Positions 9,544 through 17,762 of a DNA stretch of 39,089 bases are shown piece by piece; position 1 is the stretch's first letter, and every line of letters starts with the position of its first letter. This stretch comes from an uncultured Candidatus Saccharibacteria bacterium (GTDB taxonomy: Bacteria; Patescibacteriota; Minisyncoccia; Phycocordibacterales; UBA1006): assembly GCA_964605495.1 (NCBI GenBank), contig CAZSCW010000001.1, forward strand, positions 4,843 through 43,931. The letters are read 5' to 3'. The notes below the pieces were generated by a model that ran no database searches, was not told the DNA's origin, and was given only the letters and a program-made list of their open reading frames with translations. The translations under genes and the position numbers were made by a program.

Positions 9544-10578
9544 GTGACTTTAAGCGTTTGGGCTTTTGCTCCAAACGTTGTTTCTGCTGGTTTATTTAAT
9601 TTTGCATCTGCAGAACGTGCTGATACTCCTCGTGCAGAAACATTACAAAGTCTTCCTATTATGGAGGCGCATTTGTCACCTATGATGCTTGCAACTGTTG
9701 ATTCAACTGTGTCAATTACTGATGATGATACATTAACTGCTCCGTTTTCTTTATATGAATTGGATACAGTTGATGTTCCTGATCGTGAAACCATTTCGAC
9801 ATATACAGTCGAACCTGGTGATACTCTTTCAGGTATTGCAAATGAATTTGGTGTAAGTACTAATACTATCCGTTGGGCAAACGATATTCCAGCAAAAGCG
9901 ACAGTAAAGGTTGGACAAAAATTAGTGATCTTACCAATTACAGGAGTTCGCCATAAGGTAGCAAAAGGAGATACGATTGCAACCATTGCAAAGAGATATA
10001 AGGCTGATACTGCTGATATAGCATCATATAATGATCTTGATTCAGGTGAAAAATTAACCGTCGGTTCAACTATTATTGTACCTGATGGAGAAATTCAGTT
10101 TACCCAGGCACAGCTTGCAAAATCTTCAGGAAAAACTGGAAAGGGCGGAAATAGTACCGATTCCCAATATAAAAATACTATGGGCAAAATTGGAGGGATC
10201 TCAAAACAGTCTGCACCAAATGGATACTTTATTCGTCCTGTAGTAGGAACAAAAACTCAAGGGTTCCACGGACCATATAACGCTATTGATATTGGTGCCC
10301 CAGAGGGAACACCGATTGTTGCAGCAGCTGCAGGTACAGTAATTCTTGCAAAAGGTTCTGGTTACAATGGTGGATACGGAGGGTTAACTATTATTCAACA
10401 CCCAAATGGGTCACAAAGTTTGTACGCTCACCAAAGTAAAGTTACTGCAAATGTAGGTGACCATGTTGCACAAGGTCAAAAAATTGGTGAAGTTGGACAT
10501 ACCGGACGCGTAATTGGACGCACCGGAAATCATTTACACCTTGAATTCAGAAACATTAAAACTCCAATATTATATTAA
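9544..10578 (+). CDS. LysM-domain M23 family metallopeptidase (cell-wall hydrolase)
   Basis: Two LysM repeats (YTVEPGDTLSGIANEFGV..., HKVAKGDTIATIAKRYKA...). M23 core is AIDIGAPEGTPIVAAAAGTV...YAHQS...GEVGHTG...HLHLEF. GTG start; no ATG/GTG/TTG lies upstream in frame. Confidence 0.9.
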   Translation: MTLSVWAFAPNVVSAGLFNFASAERADTPRAETLQSLPIMEAHLSPMMLATVDSTVSITDDDTLTAPFSLYELDTVDVPDRETISTYTVEPGDTLSGIANEFGVSTNTIRWANDIPAKATVKVGQKLVILPITGVRHKVAKGDTIATIAKRYKADTADIASYNDLDSGEKLTVGSTIIVPDGEIQFTQAQLAKSSGKTGKGGNSTDSQYKNTMGKIGGISKQSAPNGYFIRPVVGTKTQGFHGPYNAIDIGAPEGTPIVAAAAGTVILAKGSGYNGGYGGLTIIQHPNGSQSLYAHQSKVTANVGDHVAQGQKIGEVGHTGRVIGRTGNHLHLEFRNIKTPILY

Positions 10579-10580
10579 AT

Positions 10581-10605
10581 AAAAAACTGCAGAACGCAGT
10601 TTTTT
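10581..10605. terminator. bidirectional terminator between convergent genes
   Basis: AAAAAACTGC agaac GCAGTTTTTT. Confidence 0.7.
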
Positions 10606-10611
10606 ATTTAA

Positions 10612-12132
10612 TCAGTTTTGTTTTGGTCTGTATTGTAGTGCTTCCAAAATATGGTCGCTAGTAATTATTTCCGAAGAATCTAAATCTGCAATCGTCCGAG
10701 CAAGTTTTATGACACGGTGATATGCACGAGGTGATAGTTTCATCATTTGCGCACTTTTATTTAATACTTGCCGCGCATCATCAGTAATTTCTAATTGCTC
10801 AACATCTCTTGACTGCATGTGTGCGTTTAATTTTTGATAAGTATTAAATCTTTCGAATTGCTTATCACGGGTTTGTTTTACTCGATTTTTTATATCTTCG
10901 CTTTTTTCTGCATGATGACTGTTACCTAATTTTTCATAATCAATATGTTCTACAGGAATCCATAGATCAATACGATCCATGATTGGTCCAGAAATTTTTC
11001 GCGAGTATCTGGCAATATCGTTTTGGGTACAAATACATTTTTTATTTAATGATCCTGCATTTCCGCAGGGACAAGGGTTCATTGCTGCAACTAAAATAAA
11101 TTGTGATGGAAACGTTGCGGTTCCTTTTGCACGAGAAATATTCACAATACGATCTTCCAGTGGTTGCCGCATTGATTCCAAAACTCGTGTTTCAAATTCT
11201 GGAAATTCATCTAAAAATAATACACCACGATGTGCAAGAGTTACTTCACCTGGCTTAGGGATAGTTCCACCACCAATGAGTGATACATAGCTTGACGTAT
11301 GGTGTGGCGACCTAAACGGTGGATGAATAATTAGTGGTTGTTGTAGTTTTCCAGAAATACTATGAATACCGGTGACTTCTAGTGCTTCATCTAATGATAG
11401 TGTCGGCAAGATTCCGGTAAATGCACGAGCTAACATTGTTTTTCCAGTTCCAGGCGGTCCAAACATGACAATATTATGCCCACCAGCTGCTGCAATTTCT
11501 AATCCCCTCTTTGCTATTTCTTGTCCTTTTATATCAAAAAAATCAGTTGTTATTTCTTGGTGTTCGTCGAAATTAATTTCTGTTTGTGGTTCAGGAGTTA
11601 ATTTTTCATTACCAGTTACATGATGTACAACTTGTTTTAAATTATCAACAGCATAAATGGTAATATCTGAAACCAATGCAGCCTCACAGGCATTTTTTCG
11701 TGGTACAAAAATTTCAGTGAAACCATTTTGTTTTGCATGTTGTACTAATGGTAACACTCCGCCAATTGGTTGAATACTTCCATCTAATGACAACTCACCT
11801 AAAAATATTTTATGTTCTGGGTCAAAATCGATTGTATGTGATGATAATAAATAACCAAGTGCAATAGCAAGATCAAAATACGATCCTTCCTTTTTTAATT
11901 CTGCAGGAGCAAGTGATACTACAGTTTTGAAATTTTCTTGTTTTGGAGAAACGAAACCTGAATTTTTTATTGAACTGGATACACGATCACGAGATTCTTC
12001 CACTGCTTTATCAGGTAATCCAATAATGGTAAAACTATGCAGTCCATTTGTAATATCTACCTCCACGGTAACTATATGTCCTTGTAATTGAAAAGGCTGC
12101 GCAGAATATACTCGTGAAAATGTAGAGATCAT
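10612..12132 (-). CDS. comM: YifB/ComM family Mg-chelatase-like AAA+ ATPase
   Basis: Lon-protease-like N-domain, Walker A GPPGTGKT, Walker B VLFLDEF, C-terminal ChlI-like domain, 506 aa. Confidence 0.9.
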   Translation of the reverse strand: MISTFSRVYSAQPFQLQGHIVTVEVDITNGLHSFTIIGLPDKAVEESRDRVSSSIKNSGFVSPKQENFKTVVSLAPAELKKEGSYFDLAIALGYLLSSHTIDFDPEHKIFLGELSLDGSIQPIGGVLPLVQHAKQNGFTEIFVPRKNACEAALVSDITIYAVDNLKQVVHHVTGNEKLTPEPQTEINFDEHQEITTDFFDIKGQEIAKRGLEIAAAGGHNIVMFGPPGTGKTMLARAFTGILPTLSLDEALEVTGIHSISGKLQQPLIIHPPFRSPHHTSSYVSLIGGGTIPKPGEVTLAHRGVLFLDEFPEFETRVLESMRQPLEDRIVNISRAKGTATFPSQFILVAAMNPCPCGNAGSLNKKCICTQNDIARYSRKISGPIMDRIDLWIPVEHIDYEKLGNSHHAEKSEDIKNRVKQTRDKQFERFNTYQKLNAHMQSRDVEQLEITDDARQVLNKSAQMMKLSPRAYHRVIKLARTIADLDSSEIITSDHILEALQYRPKQN

Positions 12133-12193
12133 ATAAAAAATATTTTATCACGAGAATTTTATTTTGAAAAAATGTCGTTAATTATTTTATAAT

Positions 12194-12221
12194 AAAAAAC
12201 TACTCATGTGAGTAGTTTTTT
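12194..12221 (-). terminator. terminator after the dksA-like gene
   Basis: AAAAAACTACTCA tg TGAGTAGTTTTTT. Confidence 0.65.
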
Positions 12222-12222
12222 A

Positions 12223-12597
12223 TTATAGATTCATCATTGCTTTGCAAGTTCGTGCAGCAGGATTTGCCATTAAACGATCAAGTTCGATAGGTTGTCCCGA
12301 TTTTTCACAAATACCATAGGTTCCATCTTCCATTTTTTTAAGAGCATCAACAACAGCTTTGAATCGTAATTCGATTTCACCTAATCGTGCAGATCGAGAT
12401 TCAAAATCTTCTACGTAATCAGCCTGGTCGGTATAATCAGATTCTGCATCTCCATCAGTTTCGACAGGGACTGCCATCCAATCTCCAGTACTTTTGTTTT
12501 GGACACCGATACTAGAAAGTTCCCCGCGGAGTGTTTCCTCCTCAGTTTCCAGTAGTTTTTTCAGTTCCGCAAGGGTTTTTTTGTCGATTTTGTTCAT
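12223..12597 (-). CDS. DksA/TraR-family zinc-finger protein
   Basis: 124 aa with a coiled-coil N-part and C-terminal YGICEKSGQPIELDRLMANPAARTC, as in TraR/DksA. Confidence 0.75.
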   Translation of the reverse strand: MNKIDKKTLAELKKLLETEEETLRGELSSIGVQNKSTGDWMAVPVETDGDAESDYTDQADYVEDFESRSARLGEIELRFKAVVDALKKMEDGTYGICEKSGQPIELDRLMANPAARTCKAMMNL

Positions 12598-12642
12598 AGT
12601 GTAGTGAGTATAGCAAAGATTCTAGTTTTGTCACTGTTGTGA

Positions 12643-14100
12643 CTATCTTCCAATCATGCGACGTAATAATGGTTCTGCTATTTCTGCAGATGGCGTAATT
12701 AATAATGTTCCGTCAGTAAGAAATCCATAGGTAATTGTTTTACCGGATGTAGTTGTTCCAATACGCATAGGAATATTATTTACAATTGTATCAACAAAAG
12801 TTGGCGCTTCTTCCTTGATTAATGTGTTTGATGTTTCATCAGGCCAAAATAATAATTGGGTTCCATCAATAATATCCGGCTCCCATTTATGTATTAATTG
12901 ATACATCATATCGTATCCTTCAAAACGAATTAAGAGAAACGGAACCTTTATACCAGATGATGGCTGGTAGTAACCATATATGAAATCATCAGCTTGTGAT
13001 GCAAAACCAGTTGGGAATTTTATTCCAAACGTTTCAATAAATAATTGCAATGTTGTTCGTGCACCCTGTTGTAGTGGGACAATAGCAGAAAATGTTTTTG
13101 TCCCGACTTCACTTGCTTGTAGTTCTTTTAGTTTGTCTTTTAGTTTAAATGTTTCAACTGATGTTAACTCAAAAGGTTTAATGGTTTCAACTCTCAATAA
13201 ATTAGTTGCATATTTTGTTGTATCAGTTCTAAGTAGCGGTACGGTTTTTGGTATTTGTGAAATATATGTATAACCAATTCCAATAATACCTGTCAAAATA
13301 AAAATTACAGAACCAATCATGTAAAAAATATTTTTTGGATTTTTTGGGCTTACTGATTTTTTCTCAGCTTCGCGTGCTCGTGCCTCGGTTAATAGTTCAG
13401 AAATAACCTTACCTTGGTATCCTGCAACACTTTGGGCAACATCAGTGTCATAAGTTACAATTGATGGAATAGATGATTTTGCAAGTGCTTCTTTTTGCCG
13501 CTCTTCTTCTTGTTGTGATGCTAGGAATGATCGCTCCTTATCCCTAAAGGTTATATCATCAAAAATCGATTGTAATACTGTAAACAATTCAACCTCTTTT
13601 GTATCAGTAAAATGTTCTGTACCAGAGAGTGCTTGTTTTTTTCCGGGTAGTAATTCAAAGAAACGCTGAGAAAGTTCTGGGTTAATAAAAGGATCTTTTG
13701 CGTTCCATATATGTACCGGTTCTGGAATTTTTTCTTTTAAAACATTCCAGTTAAGTGGTGTTTGCAAAAATGTTTCTGCAATAGGTGCAAGAGCTTTATG
13801 TGCGGGTACATCAATACAACCTGCAATACTGATGTACATACGGATTTTTTTCTCATGTAGTTCCATTAAACGTAATACCAAAAGAGAACTAATACCATGA
13901 CTAATAATAATTGTTTCTTCGTTAATAATTTCTTTGTATTGTTCTAATGATTTTAACCAAAACGTAAAACCTTGTTGAGCACCACTTGGTAGTTCTGGAG
14001 TGATCACTGAATAACCTGCAGGCAGGATTGATTGTGTTTGCGAGTACCAATAATCTGTTGGGTTTGCAAAAGCGTCATGAAATATAATTATATGTTTCAT
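12643..14100 (-). CDS. hypothetical protein: alpha/beta-hydrolase-like N-domain, one TM helix, unknown C-domain
   Basis: 485-aa ORF. The N-terminal ~180 aa loosely resemble YdeN/RBBP9-type hydrolases (weak, no clean GxSxG). TM is IFYMIGSVIFILTGIIGIGY. Confidence 0.55.
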   Translation of the reverse strand: MKHIIIFHDAFANPTDYWYSQTQSILPAGYSVITPELPSGAQQGFTFWLKSLEQYKEIINEETIIISHGISSLLVLRLMELHEKKIRMYISIAGCIDVPAHKALAPIAETFLQTPLNWNVLKEKIPEPVHIWNAKDPFINPELSQRFFELLPGKKQALSGTEHFTDTKEVELFTVLQSIFDDITFRDKERSFLASQQEEERQKEALAKSSIPSIVTYDTDVAQSVAGYQGKVISELLTEARAREAEKKSVSPKNPKNIFYMIGSVIFILTGIIGIGYTYISQIPKTVPLLRTDTTKYATNLLRVETIKPFELTSVETFKLKDKLKELQASEVGTKTFSAIVPLQQGARTTLQLFIETFGIKFPTGFASQADDFIYGYYQPSSGIKVPFLLIRFEGYDMMYQLIHKWEPDIIDGTQLLFWPDETSNTLIKEEAPTFVDTIVNNIPMRIGTTTSGKTITYGFLTDGTLLITPSAEIAEPLLRRMIGR

Positions 14101-14141
14101 ATAAGATCTAACATATAGTATACAATGTTTTTAAGTAAATA

Positions 14142-14174
14142 AAAAACACTCTCCTAACAGGAATAAGTGTTTTT
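14142..14174 (-). terminator. terminator after rpsO
   Basis: AAAAACACT pairs with AGTGTTTTT around a 15-nt loop, abutting the rpsO stop. Confidence 0.5.
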
Positions 14175-14437
14175 TATTTTAATCCAACTTTTGTAACTAC
14201 TTCTTGATATGAATCAAAGTTTTTCTTTTTCAAGAGATTTAGTAGTTTACGTCGCTCTGCAACCATGATTACCAACCCGCGTCGTGAATGGATATCTTTT
14301 TTATGTAGTTGCAAGTGTGCAGTTAATTGATTAATTTGCTCACTCAATAGAGCTACTTGAACTTCTGGTGATCCTGAATCAGTAGCAGTTTTTCCAAAGT
14401 TTTTGATAATTTTTGCTTTTGAGTCTTTTGTTAACAT
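14174..14437 (-). CDS. rpsO: 30S ribosomal protein uS15
   Basis: 87 aa with GSPEVQVALLSEQINQLTAHLQLHKKDIHSRRGL, typical of S15. Confidence 0.95.
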   Translation of the reverse strand: MLTKDSKAKIIKNFGKTATDSGSPEVQVALLSEQINQLTAHLQLHKKDIHSRRGLVIMVAERRKLLNLLKKKNFDSYQEVVTKVGLK

Positions 14438-14487
14438 GGGAATATTCTAGCATATACATAAAAAAAAGCAAGTATTTTGTCTTTTAT

Positions 14488-14982
14488 TTACCGTATTGTT
14501 ATATTTTCTAGATATTCAATCCGTTTCAAAGTTCCTTCTTCATTTAAATAAACTCCAATTCCATCTACCTGCCAGCGTGTTTCACGTGGAACTTTTTTTA
14601 AATTTGAATAGATTTCAGCAGTTTTTAATAATCGCTTTATTTTGAAAAATGAAATATTTCCAAAAGGATTAATCATTTTTTTATTTTCTTTTAAAAATGT
14701 TTCACGAGAAACAGTATTTTTCACCGTTTTTATGTCTGTTTCATGTGAAACAATTGGTTTTATTGATATTTCAACATTATTTTCAGTTTCACGTGGAACA
14801 GTAACAGATTTAACCTCAATAAAATGAATTCTATTATCTTTCTTGACTATTATATCAATCTCACCAAATCTACATGAAAAGTTTAATTCTAATATTTTGA
14901 AACCTCGTTTCACGAGAAACATTTCAGCGAATTTTTCACCAGTTGATCCAATTTTTTGTTTTTTTGATGTAAATTTACGCAT
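14488..14982 (-). CDS. YraN/UPF0102-family endonuclease-like protein with a ~45-aa parS-built insertion
   Basis: GEKFAEMFLVKRGFKILELNFSCRFGEIDIIVKKDNRIHFIEVKS core and C-terminal WQVDGIGVYL. The middle segment carries VPRET/VSHET/VSRET/VPRET, each encoded by a parS-like palindrome. Confidence 0.75.
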   Translation of the reverse strand: MRKFTSKKQKIGSTGEKFAEMFLVKRGFKILELNFSCRFGEIDIIVKKDNRIHFIEVKSVTVPRETENNVEISIKPIVSHETDIKTVKNTVSRETFLKENKKMINPFGNISFFKIKRLLKTAEIYSNLKKVPRETRWQVDGIGVYLNEEGTLKRIEYLENITIR

Positions 14983-15442
14983 AATTTTTTCTTTGATATT
15001 TGTTACACATGAAACAGGTATTTATATATAAAATATATATGTTTCACGTGAAACATATATATTTTCCACACAAGTTGAATATTGTTTTATTTTAATGTCT
15101 TTTCTATAATAGCTTATATTATAAGGCTTATATACTGCTGTATCATACAATAAAATGATTTCAGACACAATATTACCAAAGTAAAAGACATATTGTGAAG
15201 TGTCTTTTATGAACATACACCCCAATGTTATCCACAGTTCTTTTATTTATAAACCTTATTTCCCACACTAAAACATGCTTAAAATATATATGCAAAACCT
15301 TTTGGACATAATATAGGACATGTTTTCTTATTAAAACTGAGCAAAAGTGGGGATAACTTGGGGAAGTGTCTTAATAATAAATATTGTAGAGAATCACTCA
15401 AATTGAATAATATAAATTATATGTTACAGTGTCAGTATCAAT
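14983..15442. other. candidate replication origin (oriC-like AT-rich gap)
   Basis: - TTATCCACA at 15228-15236 is a perfect DnaA box.
- TTTTCCACA at 15062-15070 and TGGGGATAA at 15348-15356 (reverse orientation) have 1 mismatch each.
- TTTCCCACA at 15259-15267 has 2 mismatches.
- (TA)n tracts and a perfect parS are present.
- Gene orientation flips here.
- No dnaA gene is in the window. Confidence 0.45.
15040..15055. promoter_or_regulatory. perfect 16/16 parS site
   Basis: TGTTTCACGTGAAACA, nested in a longer palindrome AAAATATATA-TGTTTCACGTGAAACA-TATATATTTT (15030-15065). Confidence 0.85.
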
Positions 15443-15513
15443 GCGGGCATGGTTTAGTGGTAAAATACCTCCTTGCCAAGGAGGAGTCGGGGGTTCGATT
15501 CCCCCTGCCCGCA
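15443..15513 (+). tRNA. tRNA-Gly(GCC)
   Basis: Hand-folded cloverleaf: acceptor GCGGGCA/TGCCCGC, anticodon arm CCTCC-TTGCCAA-GGAGG, T-arm GGGGG-TTCGATT-CCCCC. No encoded CCA. Confidence 0.9.
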
Positions 15514-15601
15514 CAAAATAAAAATCAGTATATCTTTATCAGATATTTTATAGATACTAATATTTGATTTTTTCTAAAATCTATGCTATTTTAAGACCGT
15601 T

Positions 15602-15673
15602 GCACCTGTGGTGAAATGGATATCACGACTGACTTCGGATCAGTTATTCTAGGTTCGAGTCCTGGCAGGTGCA
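15602..15673 (+). tRNA. tRNA-Arg(TCG)
   Basis: Acceptor GCACCTG/CAGGTGC, anticodon arm ACTGA-CTTCGGA-TCAGT, T-arm CTAGG-TTCGAGT-CCTGG. No encoded CCA. Confidence 0.85.
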
Positions 15674-15710
15674 CAAAGTGAGATTATTAATTAATTTATT
15701 ATCTCCATAT

Positions 15711-15974
15711 ATGAAAAAATTATATCGTTCAAGTAATGATACTGTTATTGCAGGAGTATTAGGTGGTTTTGCTGAATATATTGAAGTTGATCCAACTATT
15801 GTTCGACTTGGTTATATTTTACTGACATTGATAACTTGTTTCTCAGGGATCTTATTTTATGTAATTTGTTGGATTATTATGCCAAAAAAAGTTTCACATG
15901 AAACACATAAACATCATACAAAAATAGAAAACCAAGAAAAGGTAGACGTTTCACATGAAACAAATTCTATATAA
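15711..15974 (+). CDS. PspC-domain membrane protein
   Basis: MKKLYRSSNDTVIAGVLGGFAEYIEVDPTIVRLGYILL... followed by a TM. Start moved to 15711 because the track ORF overlaps tRNA-Arg. The C-tail carries two VSHET units (parS-like sites). Confidence 0.8.
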   Translation: MKKLYRSSNDTVIAGVLGGFAEYIEVDPTIVRLGYILLTLITCFSGILFYVICWIIMPKKVSHETHKHHTKIENQEKVDVSHETNSI

Positions 15975-15978
15975 ATAA

Positions 15979-16006
15979 AAAGTAAGTTGTTTTTGCAACT
16001 TACTTT
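15979..16006. terminator. terminator after the PspC gene
   Basis: AAAGTAAGTTG ttttg(t) CAACTTACTTT. Confidence 0.6.
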
Positions 16007-16012
16007 GGTTAA

Positions 16013-16150
16013 TTATTGCCACATACGGCATTTATCACATCTGTATTTATATTCCCATTGTCCAGCATCAAAGTCACCTGTCCAAAATGATACCCATCGA
16101 TATTGAACATAGGAACATGAACCCTTGCAGTCTTTTTTTGAGCATGTCAT
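16013..16150 (-). CDS. possible 45-aa Cys-rich small protein
   Basis: Hand-translated MTCSKKDCKGSCSYVQYRWVSFWTGDFDAGQWEYKYRCDKCRMWQ*. Five Cys including a CxxC. No clear RBS and below the track cutoff. Confidence 0.25.
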   Translation of the reverse strand: MTCSKKDCKGSCSYVQYRWVSFWTGDFDAGQWEYKYRCDKCRMWQ

Positions 16151-16206
16151 AAGAAATTATTTTTCTAACTATATAGTTATTAATAATAAAGTCAATTTAA
16201 ATAATC

Positions 16207-17718
16207 ATGGAATTTACAATCCCAACAAACGTTACACGTGTAACAGAAACATTAAAAAACGCCGGTTATGAAGCGTTTCTTGTTGGTGGCTGTGTACGTG
16301 ACGTATTAATAGGACAAATTAACAATGTTTCACGTGAACCAAAAGACTGGGATTTAACAACCAATGCAGAACCAATACAAATCGTGAAACTCTTTGAAGA
16401 TAAAGGTTTTAAAGTTGTTTATGAGAATAATTTCGGCACAGTATCAATTGTTTTCGAAGAAGAGGAGTTCAGTAGTCCTGTCCGAGAAATTCAAATAACC
16501 CCATATCGAATAGAAGGATCATACTCTGATAAACGACACCCCGATAGTGTGTCCTTTAGTAAAAACATTAATGACGATTTGTCACGACGAGATTTTACCA
16601 TGAATGCAATCGCGATGAATCCTGTAACGTTTGAATTAATTGATCCGTTTCACGGGAAACAGGCAATAGAAAAGCAGATAATTGTTTGTGTAGGTAATCC
16701 AGCCGAACGGTTTTCAGAGGACGCATTGCGTATTATACGTGCAATTCGTTTTGCTGCGCAATTGAATTTTACTGTTTCACATGAAACCATGAATGCAATT
16801 ATTGAAACTAGAGAATTATTGCTGAATGTTTCAGCAGAACGTATTCGCGATGAATTTATTAAAATAATTAATTCAGATAATCCTGGTATTGCATTGTTTC
16901 ACATGAAACAATTAGGGTTACTTGAAATTATTCTTCCTGAAATTATTCCAGGGATTGGATGTGAGCAGGGGGGTGTACATATATATGACGTATTTGATCA
17001 CTTGGTTCATGCGGTGCAGCATGCCGCTGACAAGGGGTATATGTTTCATATTCGGTTAACAGCATTGTTTCACGATATTGGAAAACCAAAAACCAGACGT
17101 CCAGGTAATAAAAAAGCGTATACATTTTACGGGCACGAGGTAGTTGGGGCACGCATTGCAGGAAAAATAATGGAACGATTGAAATTTCCAAAAGCCGATA
17201 CAGAATTAGTTACAAAATTTGTGCGTTGGCATATGTTTTTCAGTGATACTGAATCAATTACACTGTCAGCAGTACGTCGTATGATTGCAAATGTGGGCGC
17301 CGACCACATTTGGGATCTCATGAAAGTTCGCGAATGTGATCGTGTTGGGATGAATAAAACAGAGGCTCCATATCGATTGCGTAAATATTTTGCAATGATT
17401 GAGGAATGTTTGCGTGATCCAATTAGTGTTTCACAATTAAAAATAGATGGAAATTATTTAATAAACGAGTTACACGTGAAGCCAGGACCACGTATGGGTT
17501 GGATGTTACATGCATTACTGGAGGAGGTTCTGGAAAATCCAGAAAAAAACACGATTGAATATTTGTCAGATCGTGTGAAACAGATGGAAAAAATTCCAGA
17601 TAAAGAGTTAAAAGCAATGGGTGAACAGGGAAAACAAGTAAAGGAATCAGTAGACCAAGAAGAGGTCAAAAAGTTACACGTAAAACATAATGTAACAAGA
17701 AAGCCAAAGAGTAAATAA
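16207..17718 (+). CDS. cca: CCA-adding tRNA nucleotidyltransferase with HD domain
   Basis: GGCVRDVLIG...PKDWDL nucleotidyltransferase head, RRDFTMNA, and HD motif LFHDIGKP. 503 aa with a K/E-rich tail. Consistent with tRNAs lacking an encoded CCA. Confidence 0.9.
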   Translation: MEFTIPTNVTRVTETLKNAGYEAFLVGGCVRDVLIGQINNVSREPKDWDLTTNAEPIQIVKLFEDKGFKVVYENNFGTVSIVFEEEEFSSPVREIQITPYRIEGSYSDKRHPDSVSFSKNINDDLSRRDFTMNAIAMNPVTFELIDPFHGKQAIEKQIIVCVGNPAERFSEDALRIIRAIRFAAQLNFTVSHETMNAIIETRELLLNVSAERIRDEFIKIINSDNPGIALFHMKQLGLLEIILPEIIPGIGCEQGGVHIYDVFDHLVHAVQHAADKGYMFHIRLTALFHDIGKPKTRRPGNKKAYTFYGHEVVGARIAGKIMERLKFPKADTELVTKFVRWHMFFSDTESITLSAVRRMIANVGADHIWDLMKVRECDRVGMNKTEAPYRLRKYFAMIEECLRDPISVSQLKIDGNYLINELHVKPGPRMGWMLHALLEEVLENPEKNTIEYLSDRVKQMEKIPDKELKAMGEQGKQVKESVDQEEVKKLHVKHNVTRKPKSK

Positions 17719-17762
17719 ATTTGAAATTAAGCCTTATTTTATGGTATAATTGTCTTACTTAT

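Larger units (their letters stand above)
14578..16910. repeat. dense array of ~14 parS-like palindromes (ParB/Spo0J binding-site consensus TGTTTCACGTGAAACA)
   Basis: 16-mers starting at these positions (mismatches to the consensus in brackets): 14578(2), 14698(1), 14737(1), 14785(2), 14906(2), 15001(2), 15040(0), 15890(2), 15947(2), 16230(3), 16326(1), 16646(2), 16773(2), 16895(1). Weaker copies start at 17468 and 17672. Confidence 0.75.

Noticed and set aside
15022-15567. ORFs 15022..15225(-) and 15358..15567(+)
   Set aside because: The first lies in the AT-rich DnaA-box/parS gap. The second runs straight through tRNA-Gly(GCC). Neither has coding-like composition.
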